64,000 nt of DNA, taken from assembly GCF_009914755.1 (NCBI RefSeq), contig NC_060945.1; one strand, 5' to 3'. The notes under the pieces were generated by a model. The model was not told the origin of the DNA and searched no databases. It saw nothing but the letters and a program-made list of their open reading frames with translations. A program made the position numbers and the translations under genes. Of this stretch, positions 34,442-48,200 are shown piece after piece (the first letter of the stretch is position 1; each line of letters begins with the position of its first letter). The stretch comes from the human T2T-CHM13v2.0 reference genome, Homo sapiens.

Positions 34442-37400
34442 CATGTCTAGCGTGACCCTCCTTCCTGGCAGTGACACTGTTGATGTGAACCCCAATTTCA
34501 CATCTGTCATTTGTAAATAGGACCATTTTCCCTTTTCGCTCTCCCTTCCATTCACAGGGCTTTTCATTCTCTCTGTTACTGCCTCCGTTTCAGATATTTA
34601 CTCACCTTTTTCTCTCTCACTATGTCTGCCGTGAGCTCCATGAGAGTGCCCACATAAGATTCCCCCATTAAAAGTCATGAATTGAGTGGCTTTTAGTATA
34701 CCTGTGGTTGTGCACATTCAAATTTAATTCGCAATTCATTGTAGAACGTCTTATCACTCCCGGCCAGAGAAAAACCCTGTAGACATTAGACACTCCTCAT
34801 TCTGTCTCAAACCCTCTCCCTGACCCTCAGCCCTAGGTAGCAACTACCTAGTGCGATCAATCCCATATGCATAGATTACCATATTGTGGACATTTCCTTT
34901 AAGCGGAATTGCACAATAGGTGAGCTGTTATGACTGACATAACACGTAGCACAATATTTTCAAGATTCGTCCACATTGTAGGCTTACCCACAGGGGGAAA
35001 CCATTTTTTTGGGGGCTTTTAGTAACACCGGTGTTTTCTCCTTCCTTACGTCCTTCTTTCCTTCTTTCCTTCCTTCCTTCCTTCCTTCCTTCCTTCCTTC
35101 CTTTCTTCCTTCCTTCCTTCCTGACTTCCTTCTTTCCTTCCCTCCTTCCTCCTATTTCTCTCTTACTCCTTCTGCCCTCTCTCTTTCCTATGCCTTAGGT
35201 GCATCCCACATTCTGCGTTTTTTTGGGGAAATCCTCGACAGGTGCAGGAAAATTGTGTTATTGTAACAATTTACCGTTATCTCTCTTTCACGGCTCTCCA
35301 TCAGTTGTGAACATCTATTGGTTTATCCCAAGTCACTAAGCATATTTTCATTAGGTAAACCTGTTTTTCCTTCTACAGCTGTTTCTGGAGTATAGGGTCG
35401 CATACTCATAAACCCAGTGTAACTCAGAAACGCATCTAATATTCCAGTAAACCCATCATAACGTTGAAAAATCGTAAATCAAACCATCATAAGTCACGGT
35501 TTGTCCGTGGATATGGGCGTCATCAATTCCATTGTATTCAGTAATGCTGTACACCATTAACAATGGCAGACTGATTGGGAGTGGATATTGATAGCATTAT
35601 AAAAGTCAGTTATTAGAGGGATACTTCTTTAACCTGACTGAAGAACTGATCTAATGGCTTTAGTACAGTGCATGATTATGTGCGATGTTTTGAGACAGAG
35701 TAGTACATTTGTGAATGAAATTTTATGGCTTTTTTTTCACTTAGTAGGAACCATTGTGTGTGGAAAAGTGAGAAAATGGCTTTCTGCTGTAGGGTCTGGC
35801 ATTCATTGTAGATGTAAGCTTATTTTTCTGTGAGCAAATCTTATTCAATAAAATACTACTCTTTATACTAAAAAACAAAAACAGTGGTGATGTGTGGTCT
35901 TTACCCTCAGCAAACTTATCCAGGGAAAAGAAAACCAAACGCCACAACTCACTTATAATGGGAGCTGAAAAATGAGATCCCATGGACACAGGAAGGGGAA
36001 CAACACACACTGGGGCCTTCCGGGAGACAGAGCGTTAAGAAAAACAGCTACTGCATGCTGGGCCTAATACCTAGGTGATGGGTTGACAGATGCAGCAAAC
36101 CACCATGGCACACGTTAACCTTAATAACAAATCTGCACATCCTGCACATGTACCCCAGAACTTAGGAACGAAACGAAACAAAAGACAACGAAAAAGCAAC
36201 AGCAAAACGCTAAAGGCAAAATAAAGTTTCAAACTGAGAAAGTGACAGACCAACGTCTGGTTCAAATCATGGTTCTCAACCCAGGTGCCATAAGGTCAGG
36301 ATAAAGGATGTGATTACATATTGTCAATAAGACATGCAACAAATGACCAGAATGATTATTCTCAACATATGTGTGTCTTCTAATTCAATGGTGACGCTAT
36401 CTACCGGGACATAGCATTAGATTCCAAAGGGCCGAGTCCCGCCAGACAGGCCTCCCACACTAATAACAATGGGAAGCCGTACGTTGCTTTACCTGTGCTT
36501 CTCAGCCACTGGCTATAAATCAGGTTGCCACCACTCCCAGATTTAGTTGCATTCATTAGCTGGAAGAGCTCACAGCACGCAGGGAAACACTTACATTTGC
36601 CGTTGTATTTTAGCGGACATTGCACAAAGTTCAGAAATAAATGTGGGGCCCGGCATGTGGGGAGGGGGGCACTACCTTCCAGGAAGTGTTATCCAGAAGC
36701 TCTCTGAACCCAGTCCTTTTGGGTTTTGATGGAGACCTCATTCTATAGGCATGATGGGTTAAACCATAAGCTATTGGTGATCAACTCCACCTGGGGCTCT
36801 CCACCCTCCCTGGAAATTGGGGTTGAGGCTTTGCCATTCTCAGTCTGACTAAAAGAATTTACCCAAACGGAACTTTAAAACAGATGAGCATAACTGGAAT
36901 CTTAATTAGATGATTGGATTATTTGGAGCCACACCTTGATATTCCTAACCCGAGCACCCTCATCCAACGAATGCTCCACCCAACTGGCTCCCAAGTCTCT
37001 ACGTGGTTCCAGAGCAAAAGGATGTTGATACAACGCATATCTCCACCTTTTCTTCCAAGTCTTTTCGCTTACACGGAAAGACTTCTTCAACTGCCATGCA
37101 TCAGGGTCAGGGGGAGGTCTTGTTACAACACAGATCTGCGGATCTCCGGCGTTTGACAGTGGCAAGGATGCTGCTGGTGTCAAAACCACAACGTGGGAAC
37201 CACAGAACCACTAGTGGGTTTTCAGTGTTTCAGTGCATACAATTCCTAATATTTCTGGCCAAGAAAACTTGTAAGTTCTTAGATTGTCCCAAAGGTGGCG
37301 CATGAAATCAAATCAGGAGAACAGTTTCCTACGAGGTGTAGCCTGGGAAAGTTGGGGGTGACTGATGGAAAGGAGGAGTGAAGCTCCGCCCTTTCCGCTG

Positions 37401-37805
37401 CTAGGCTGCGCCCGAGGCTATTTAAACCCACCCTGGCTGGCCTGTACTCAGATGTTCGCGGAGCGGATCAGCGGCCGGAGCGTTTGGCGGACTCTGCGTG
37501 GACTCGGAGCTCACAGCGTCTTGCGACTTGGAAGCGGGTTCAGAGGACAGGACAGAACACTTGGGCAAGTGAATCTCTGTCTGTCTCTCTGTCTGTCTGT
37601 CTGTCCCATTGGTTGGTTGATTTCCATTTTCTTAAGGGGCACATTCCTCATACCGCACACACACAAACAGACACACGCACACACACACGCACACACACAC
37701 ACGCACACGCACACACACGCACACGCACACACACGCACACACACTCGTTCCTTCAGCGAGTTAGAACATTAGTAGGGGCCCCTGGGAGCTGCAGGTTTCC
37801 TAATC

Positions 37806-40800
37806 ATGTCTGCACCTAAGAACAGTAGGGTCTTGTCTGGCTCTTCTTATGAACCGTCCCCCAGCCCGTTCTCCCCAAGGTCCATGCGAGCCTCACCCAG
37901 CTTCCCCCTCTCCCCTCTCAGAAACTCAGGCTTAAGGGGAAGCTCCTCACCAGGGATCCGGAGCTACCATTCACCATCCCCTAGGGCTTCACCACACTCA
38001 CCTCTGTCATCACCAGTATCCCACAATCTCCCATTTCCCTGTCCTATCCGTGATGGGCAATCAATGAAGCCATTGGGCTCTCCCGTGTCCTCCTCTGAGG
38101 ATTCCTCAGAGTCCCCACGTTCATCAATAATATACCACATGTTCTTACTGCCATCACCCAGCAGCTCACCCCCAGCTCTCGGGGGTCTCCTGGGTCTCCC
38201 AGCTACTCTCCAAACAACCCCAGATTTCAGCTGGAGTCAGCCCCCCACACCCAGGAATCACCTGCAAACTCACGAGCCTCACGGTGCTCCTCCCCTATGT
38301 CTTTCATCTCTTCACCCCCAGGCCTCAGGGACTCTCCTGTGGCTCCCAGTTACTCTCAAGCCATCCCCATGTTCCTGCGGGAGTCAGCCCCATGCACTCA
38401 GGAGTCCCCCAGAGACTCACAGGTCTCGGGAGATTATGAGCGGTCCCCCAGCCCTGACTCCTCAAGATTCATGCCTGCCTCACCCAGCTTCTCCCTCTCC
38501 CCTCCCAGAAACTCAGACCCAAGGGGCAGCTTCTCACAAGGGATGTGGAAGTACTCTACATCATCCCGCAGGGCTTCACCACTCTCACATCCGTCATCGG
38601 CAGAATTCCACAACTTTACATTTCCCTTTCCTAACCAAGCAGGACAATCACTCATGTCATTGTGTTCTCCCGTGTCCTCCTCTGGAGATTCCTCACAGTC
38701 ACCCCATTCATCAATAATATACCATGTGTTCTTACTGCCATCATCCAGCAGCTCACCCCCAGCCACCAATGACTCTCCTGTCTGTCCCAGCTACTCTCCA
38801 AATACGCCCAGATTTCAGCGGGCGTCGGTATCCAACACCCCAGAAACACCTACAAACTCACAGACCTCAGTGAGATCCACGCCAGTCTCTCTCACGTCTT
38901 CACCCCCAGGCCTTACGGACCCTCCAGTCTCTCCCAGCTACTATCCAACCACGCGCACATTTCAGCGCGGGTCAGATCCAGGAACCCAGGGATCACCACC
39001 AAGCCCACCACTTTCACTGTGTTACTCCCCAGTCTCAAGCACGTCTTTACCTCCAACCCTCAGGGACTCTCCTGTCTGTCCCAGCTATTCTCCAACCACG
39101 CCCACGTTTCAGCGGGAGTCCGTTGCAGGCACCCAGCAATCACCAGCAAACTCACCAATTTCACTGCGTTACTCCCCAGTCTCTCTCATGTCTTCACCAG
39201 CCCTGAGGGAGTCTCCCGTCTGTCCCAGCTACTCTCCAACCACACCCACTTTTCAGCTGGAGTCCGTTCGAGGCACCCCGGAGTCACCACCAAACTCACC
39301 AATTACACTCAATTACTCTCCAGTCTCTCTCATGTCTTCACCAGCCCTCAGGGACTCTCCCGTCTGTCCCAGCTACTCTCCAACCACCCCCAGATTTCAG
39401 CTGCAAGCAGTTCCTTGCTCCCCGGAATCAACACCAAACTCACCAATTTCACTCAATTACTCTCCAGTCTCTCTCATGTCTTCACCAGCCCTCAGGGACT
39501 CTCCCATCTGTCCCAGCTACTCTCCAACCACGCCCAGATTTCAGCTGGAAGCAGTTCCTTGCACCCAGGAATCACCGCCAAACTCACCAATTTCACTCAA
39601 TTACTCCCCAGTCTCTCTCATGTCTTCACCATCCCTCAGGGACTCTCCCGTCTGTCCCAGCTACTCTCCAACCACGCCCACATTTCAGCTGGAGTACCTT
39701 CGAGGCACCCCGGAGTCACCACCAAACTCACCAATTTCACTCAATTACTCTCCAGTCTCTCTCATGTCTTCACCAGCCCTCAGGGACTCTCCCGACTGTC
39801 CCAGCTACTCTCCAACAACGTCCAGATTTCAGCTGGAAGCAGTTCCTTGCTCCCCAGAATCAACACCAAACTCACCAATTTCACTCAATTACTCTCCAGT
39901 CTCTCTCATGTCTTCACCAGCCATCAGGGACTCTCCCGTCTGTCCCAGCTACTCTCCAACCACGCCCACATGTCAGCTGGAGTCCGTTCGAGACACCCCG
40001 GAGTCACCACCAAACTCACCAATTTCACTCAATTACACTCCAGTCTCTCTCATGTCTTCACCAGCCATCAGGGACTCTCCCGTCTGTCCCAGCTACTCTC
40101 CAAAGACGCCCACATTTCAGCTGGAGTCTGTTCCAGGCACACTGGAGTCACCACCAAACTCACCAATTTCACTCAATTACTCTCCAGTCTCTCTCATGTC
40201 TTCACCAGCCCTCAGGGACCCTCCTGTCTGTCCCAGCTACTCTCCAACCACCCCCAGATTTCAGCTGGCGTCAGTTCCAGGCACCCCGGAGTCACCACCA
40301 AACTCACCAGTTTCACTGAGTTACTCCCCGGTCTCTCTCATGTCTTCACCGCCAGCCCTCAGGGACTCTCCTGTGTGTCCCAGCTACTCTCCAACCACGC
40401 CCACATTTCAGCTGGAGTCAGTTCCAGGCACCCCGGAGTCACCACCAAACTCACCAATTTCACTCAATTACTCTCCAGTCTCTCTCATGTCTTCACCAGC
40501 CCTCAGGGACTCTCCTGTCTGTCCCAGCTACTCTCCAACCACGCCCAGATTTCAGCTGGAAGCAGTTCCTTGCACCCCAGAATCACCTCCAAACTCACCA
40601 ATTTCACTCAATTACTCTCTAGTCTCTCTCATGTCTTCACCAGTCCTCAGGGACCCTCCTGTCTGTCCCAGCTACTCTCCAACCACACCCAGATTTCAGT
40701 TGGAGTCAGTTCCAGGCACCGCGGAGTCACCACCAAACTCACCAGTTTCACTGAGTTACTCCCCGTTCTCTCTCATGTCTTCACCGCCAGCCCTCAGGGA

Positions 40801-41938
40801 CTCTCCTGTTTGTCCCCGCTACTCTCCAACCACGCCCACATTCCAGCTGGAGTCACTTGCAGGCACCCAGGAATTACCTACAAACTCAGCAGTTTCACTG
40901 AGTTACTCCCCAGTCTCTCTCATGTCTTCACCCCCAGCCCCCTGGGACTCTCCTGTCTGTCCCAGCTCCTCTCCCACCACGCCCAGATTTCAGAGGGAGT
41001 CAGCCCCCCACACTGCGGAATCACCTACAGACTCACAGACTTCACGGAGGTCCTCCCTGGTCTCTCTCAGGTCTTTGCCCTCAGCCCACAGGGACTCTTG
41101 TGTCTCTTTCAGCTACTCTCGAAACTTCTCTAGATTCCAGCTGGACTCAGTTCCAGGCACCCACGACACACCACCAAACTCACGAATTTCACTGACTTAC
41201 TCCCCAGTCTCTCTCATGTTCTCACCCCCAGCCCTCAGGGACTCTTCTGTCTCTCTCAGCTACTCTCCAGCCATCTCCACATCACACCTGGGGTCAGCTT
41301 CCCACACCCAGGAATCACCTACAAACTCACGGACCTTACTGCAACCCTCCCCCATTTCTTTCACCTCTTCACCCCCTGCTTTCAGGGACTCTCCTGTGTC
41401 TCCCAGCTTCTCTCCAGCCTTCCCCAGATTTCTGCCACAGTCAGCCCCAGGCACCCAGGGTTACCCTGGACACTCACAGGCCTCACGAGACTATTTCCCA
41501 ATGACTTGTATCTATAGAGGGATGGCTCCCATACTTCCCTCAGTGACCTCAAACCCATCTCCACTTACACTCAGACACTCCCAGGGCCTGACAGCTACTC
41601 CCCGTTATTGTCCTTCAGCTCGAAGCCCTGGCCCATCTACTAGCCAACATGATGCAGCTACCTGGCCATGTCTCCACATTTCTGGGGAGGGCCCCACACC
41701 CAGCCGCAGAAGAGCCCCTCCTGCATTCCGTCCTCACACACAGGCCTGTCCATCCACTTGCTACTGTCACCCTCTTGCCAGCAGAAGAGGCCCCTGTAAT
41801 GGCCGATATCACCGCCCAGTCTATCCTCACCCCACAGCTGTGCAGCGGGACCCTCCTGCTGGCCCACGTGGCTGCCACAGCCCATGCTGGCACGACGCTC
41901 CAGCATGTCGGCGTCCCTGCGGGCCACGCTACCGCTGA
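37806..41938 (+). pseudogene. Copy 6: A/B mosaic with -1 frameshift (303-aa truncated product; a 1213-aa ORF from ATG 38297 remains)
   Basis: Span is 4133 nt, i.e. 4134 - 1. The G run at 38181-38185 has 5 G versus 6 G in type A copies. Confidence 0.75.
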
Positions 41939-44900
41939 CATGGCTAGCATCACCCTCCTTCCTGGCAGTGACACTGCTGATTTGAACCCCAGTTTCACAG
42001 CTGTCATTTGTAAATAGGACCATTTTCCCTTTTCTCTCTCCCTTCCATTCACAGGGCTTCTCATTCCCTCTGTTTCTGCCTCCGTTTCAGAGATTTACTC
42101 ACCTTTTTCTCTCTCACTATGTCTGCCGTGGTCTCCATAAGAGTGTGCCACATAAAATTGCCCCATTAAAAGTCATGAATTGAGTGGATTTTAGTATACC
42201 TGTGGTTGTGCACATTCAATTTTAATTCGCAATCCATTTTAGAAGGTTTTATCACCCCCGACCAGAGAAACACCCTGTGGACAATAGTCACTCCTCATTC
42301 TGTCTCAAACCCTCTCCCTGACCCTCAGCCCTAGGTAACAACTGCATAGAGCGATCAACCCCATATGCATAGATTTCCATATTGTGGACAGTTCCTATAA
42401 ACGGAATTGCACAATACGTGAGCTTTTGTGACTGACATAACACTTTTAGCACAATATTTTCAAGATTCATCCACATTGCAGCCTTACCCACAGGGGGAAA
42501 CCGCATTTTGTGGTTTCAGTAACACCGGGTGTTTTCTCCTTCCTTCCGTCTTTCCTTCCTTCCTTCCTTCCTTCCTTCCTTCCTTCCTTCCTTCCTCCCT
42601 TCCTCCCTTCCTTCCTCCCTTCCTCCCATTTCTCTCTTATTCCTTCTGCCCTCTCTCTTTCATATGCCTTAGGTGCATCCTACGTCCTGCGTCTTTTTGG
42701 GGAATCCTCGACAGGTGCTGGAAAATTGTGTTATTGTAATTATTTACCGGTATCTCTCTTTCATGGTTCTCCATCAGTTGTAAGCATCTATTGGTTTATC
42801 CCAGGTCACTAAGTATATTTTAATTAGCTACACCTGTTTTTCTTTATACACCTGTTTCTGGAGTATAGGGTCGCATACTCATAAACCCAGTGTAACTCAG
42901 AAACGCATCTAATATTCCAATAGACCCATCATAACGTTGAAAAATCATAAATCAAACCAACTTAAGTCACGATTTGGCGCTGGATATGGGCTCCATCAAT
43001 TCCATTGTATTCAATAATGCTGTACACCATTAACAATGGCAGACTGATTGGGCGTGGATGTGGATAACATTATAAAAATCAGTTATTAGAGGGATACTTT
43101 AACCTGACGGAAGAGCTGATCTAATGGTATTAGTACAGTGATGATTATGTGAGATGTTTTGAGACAGAGTAGTACATTTGTGTATGAGATTCTGTGGCTT
43201 TTTTCACTTAGTAGGAACCTTTGTGTGTGGAAAACTGAGAAAATTGCTTTGTGCTGTAGAGTCTGGCATTCGTTGTAGATTAAAGCTTATTTTTCTGGAT
43301 GTAAATCTTATTCAATAAAATACTACTCTTTATAATAAAAAACAAAGACACTGGTGATGTGAAGTCATTATCCTCAGCAAACTAATCCAGGAACAGAAAA
43401 CCAAACGCCACATTCTCACTTATAATGGGAGCTGAAAAATGGGATCACGTGGACACAGGAAGGGGAACAACACACACTGGGGCCTTTCGGGAGGCAGAGC
43501 GTTAAGAAAAACAGCTACCGCATGCTGGGCTTAATACCTAGGTGATGGGTTGACAGGTGCAGCAAACCACCGTGGCACACGTTTACCTTAGTAACAAATC
43601 TGCACAGCCTGCCCATATATTCCAGAACTTAGAAACGAAACGAAAGCAAAGAAAACGAGAAAGCGATAGCAAAACGCTAACGGCGAAACAGAGTTTCAAA
43701 CTCAGAAAGTGAGAGACCAATGTTTGGTTCAAATCATGGTTCTCAACCCAGGTGCCATAAGGTCAGGATAAAGAATTTGATGACGTATTGTAAATAAGAC
43801 ATGCAGCGGAGGACCAGAAAAATCGTTCTCAACATACGTGTGGCTTCGAGTTCAACGGTGACGCTATCTACAGTGACATAGCATTAGATTCCAAAGGGCC
43901 GAGTCCCGCAAGACTGGCCTCCCACACTAATAATAATGGGAAGCGCTACGTTGCTTTACCTGTGCTTCTCAGCAACTGGCTATAAATCAGGTTTCCACCA
44001 CTCCCAGTTTTAGTTGCATTCATTTGCTGGAAGAGCTCACAGCACGCAGGGAAACACTGACATTTCCCATTTTTTGTATTTTAGCAGATATTGCAAAAAC
44101 TTCAGAAAAAACTTTTGGGCCCGGCATGTGGGGAGGGGCTCACTGCCTTCCAGGAAGTGTTATCCAGAAGCTCTCTAAACCCAGTCCTTTTGGGTTTTTA
44201 TGGAGACCTCATTCTATAGGCATGATGGGTTAAACCATAGGCTATTGGTGATCAACTCAACCTGGGGCTCTCAACCCTCCCTGGAAATTGGGGTTGAGGC
44301 TTTGCCATTCTCAGTCTGAGTAAAAGAATTTACGCAAACGGAATTTTAAAACAGATTAGCATATCTGGAAACTTAACTAGATGACGGAATTATCTGGAGC
44401 CACACCTTGATATTCCTAACCCGAGCACCCTCATCCAAAGAATGCTCCACCCAACTGGCTCCCAAGTCTCTACGGGGTTCCAGAGCAAAAGAATGTTTAT
44501 ACAGCGCATATCTCCACCTTTTCTTCAAAGTCTTTTCGCTTACACGGAAAGACTTCTTCAACTGCCATGCATCAGGGTCAGGGGGAGGTCTTGTTACAAC
44601 ACAGATCTGCGGATCTCCGGGGCTTGATTGTGGCAAGGATGCTGCTGGTGTCAAAACCACAACGTGGGAACCACAGAACCACTAGTTGGTTTTCAGTGTT
44701 TCAGTGCATACAATTCCTAATATATCTGGCCAAGAAAACTTGTAAGTTCTTAGATTGTCCGAAAGGTGGCGCATGAAATCAAATAAGGAGAACAGTTTCC
44801 TACGAGGTGTAGCCTGGGAACCTTGGGGGTGACTGATGGAAAGGAGGAGTGAAGCTCCGCCCTTTCCGCTGCGAGGCTGCGCCCGAGGCTATTTAAACCC

Positions 44901-45240
44901 ACCCTGGCTGGCCTGTACTCAGATCTTCGCAGAGCGGAGCAGCGGCCGGAGCGTTTGGCGGACTCTGCGTGGACTTGGAGCTCACAGCGTCTTGCGACTT
45001 GGAAGCGGATTCAGAGGACAGGACAGAACACTTGGGCAAGTGAATCTCTGTCTGTCTGTCTGTCTCATTGGTTGGTTTATTTCCATTTTCTTAAGGAGCA
45101 CATACCTCACACCACACACACACAAACACACACACACACACGCACGCACTCACGCACACACACACGCACACACACACACTAATTCATTCTGCGGGTTAGG
45201 AAATTAGTAGGGGTCTCTGGGAGCTGCAGGTTTCCTAATC

Positions 45241-48200
45241 ATGTCTGCACCTAAGAACACTAGGGTCTTGTCTGGCTCTTCTTATGAACGGTCCCCCAGC
45301 CCGGACTCCCCAAGATCCATGCTAGCCTCACCCAGCTTCTCCCTCTCCCCTCTCAGAAACTCAGACTTAAGAGGAAGCTCCTCACCAGGGATCCGGAGCT
45401 ACCATTCACCATCCCCTAGGGCTTCACCACACTCACCTCTGTCATCACCAGTATCCCACAATCTCCCATTTCCCTGTCCTATCCGTGATGGACAATCCAT
45501 GAAGCCATTGGGCTCTCCCGTGTCCTCCTCTGAGGATTCTACAGAGTCACCACGTTCATCAGTAATATACCACATGTTCCTACTGCCATCACCCAGCAGC
45601 TCACCCCCAGCTCTCTGGGAGTCTCCTGGGTCTCCCAGCTACTCTCCAAACAACCCCAGATTTCAGCTGGAGTCAGCCCCCCACACCCAGGAATCACCTG
45701 CAAACTCACGAGCCTCACGGTGCTCCTCCCCTATGTCTTTCATCTCTTCACCCCCAGGCCTCAGGGACTCTCCTGTGGCTCCCAGTTACTCTCAAGCCAT
45801 CCCCATGTTCCTGCGGGAGTCAGCCCCATGCACTCAGGAGTCCCCCAGAGACTCACAGGTCTCGGGAGAATATGAGCGCTCCCCCAGCCCTGACTCCTCA
45901 AGATTCATGCCTGCCTCACCCAGCATCTACCTCTCCCCTCCCAGGAACTCAGACCCAAGGGGCAGCTCCTCACAAGGGATGTGGAAGTACTCTACATCAT
46001 CCCGCAGGGCTTCACCACTCTCACATCCGTCATCGGCAGAATTCCACAACTTTACATTTCCCTTTCCTAACCAAGCAGGACAATCACTCATGTCATTGTG
46101 TTCTCCCGTGTCCTCCTCTGGAGATTCCTCACAGTCACCCCATTCATCAATAATATACCATATGTTCTTACTGCCATCATCCAGCAGCTCACCCCCAGCC
46201 ACCAATGACTCTCCTGTCTGTCCCAGCTACTCTCCAACTACGCCCAGATTTCAGCGGGCGTCGGTATCCAACACCCCAGAAACACCTACAAACTCACAGA
46301 CCTCAGTGAGATCCTCGCCAGTCTCTCTCACGTCTTCACCCCCAGGCCTTACGGACCCTCCGGTCTCTCCCAGCTACTATCCAACCACGCGCACATTTCA
46401 GCGCGGGTCAGATCCAGGAACCCAGGGAGCACCACCAAGCCCACCACTTTCACTGTGTTACTCCCCAGTCTCAAGCACGTCTTTATCTCCAACCCTCAGG
46501 GACTCTCCTGTCTGTCCCAGCTATTCTCCAACCACGCCCACGTTTCAGCGGGAGTCCGTTGCAGGCAACCAGCAATCACCAGCAAACTCACCAATTTCAC
46601 TGCGTTACTCCCCAGTCTCTCTCATGTCTTCACCAGCCCTGAGGGACTCTCCCGTCTGTCCCAGCTACTCTGCAACCACACCCACATTTCAGCTGGAGTC
46701 CGTTCGAGGCTCCCCGGAGTCACCACCAATCTCACCAATTACACTCAATTACTCTCCAGTCTCTCTCATGTCTTCACCAGCCCTGAGGGACTCTCCCGTC
46801 AGTCCCAGCTACTCTCCAACCACCCCCAGATTTCAGCTGCAAGCAGTTCCTTGCTCCCCGGAATCAACACCAAACTCACCAATTTCACTCAATTACTCTC
46901 CAGTCTCTCTCATGTCTTCACCAGCCCTCAGGGACTCTCCCATCTGTCCCAGCTACTCTCCAACCACGCCCAGATTTCAGCTGGAAGCAGTTCCTTGCAC
47001 CCAGGAATCACCGCCAAACTCACCAATTTCACTCAATTACTCCCCAGTCTCTCTCATGTCTTCACCATCCCTCAGGGACTCTCCCGTCTGTCTCAGCTAC
47101 TCTCCAACCACGCCCACATTTCAGCTGGAGTACCTTCGAGGCACCCCGGAGTCACCACCAAACTCACCAATTTCACTCAATTACTCTCCAGTCTCTCTCA
47201 TGTCTTCACCAGCCCTCAGGGACTCTCCCGACTGTCCCAGCTACTCTCCAACAACGTCCAGATTTCAGCTGGAAGCAGTTCCTTGCTCCCCAGAATCAAC
47301 ACCAAACTCACCAATTTCACTCAATTACTCTCCAGTCTCTCTCATGTCTTCACCAGCCATCAGGGACTCTCCCGTCTGTCCCAGCTACTCTCCAACCACG
47401 CCCACATGTCAGCTGGAGTCCGTTCGAGACACCCCGGAGTCACCACCAAACTCACCAATTTCACTCAATTACACTCCAGTCTCTCTCATGTCTTCACCAG
47501 CCATCAGGGACTCTCCCGTCTGTCCCAGCTACTCTCCAAAGACGCCCACATTTCAGCTGGAGTCTGTTCCAGGCACACTGGAGTCACCACCAAACTCACC
47601 AATTTCACTCAATTACTCTCCAGTCTCTCTCATGTCTTCACCAGCCCTCAGGGACCCTCCTGTCTGTCCCAGCTACTCTCCAACCACCCCCAGATTTCAG
47701 CTGGCGTCAGTTCCAGGCACCCCGGAGTCACCACCAAACTCACCAGTTTCACTGAGTTACTCCCCGGTCTCTCTCATGTCTTCACCGCCAGCCCTCAGGG
47801 ACTCTCCTGTGTGTCCCAGCTACTCTCCAACCACGCCCACATTTCAGCTGGAGTCAGTTCCAGGCACCCCGGAGTCACCACCAAACTCACCAATTTCACT
47901 CAATTACTCTCCAGTCTCTCTCATGTCTTCACCAGCCCTCAGGGACTCTCCTGTCTGTCCCAGCTACTCTCCAACCACGCCCAGATTTCAGCTGGAAGCA
48001 GTTCCTTGCACCCCAGAATCACCTCCAAACTCACCAATTTCACTCAATTACTCTCTAGTCTCTCTCATGTCTTCACCAGTCCTCAGGGACCCTCCTGTCT
48101 GTCCCAGCTACTCTCCAACCACACCCAGATTTCAGTTGGAGTCAGTTCCAGGCACCGCGGAGTCACCACCAAACTCACCAGTTTCACTGAGTTACTCCCC

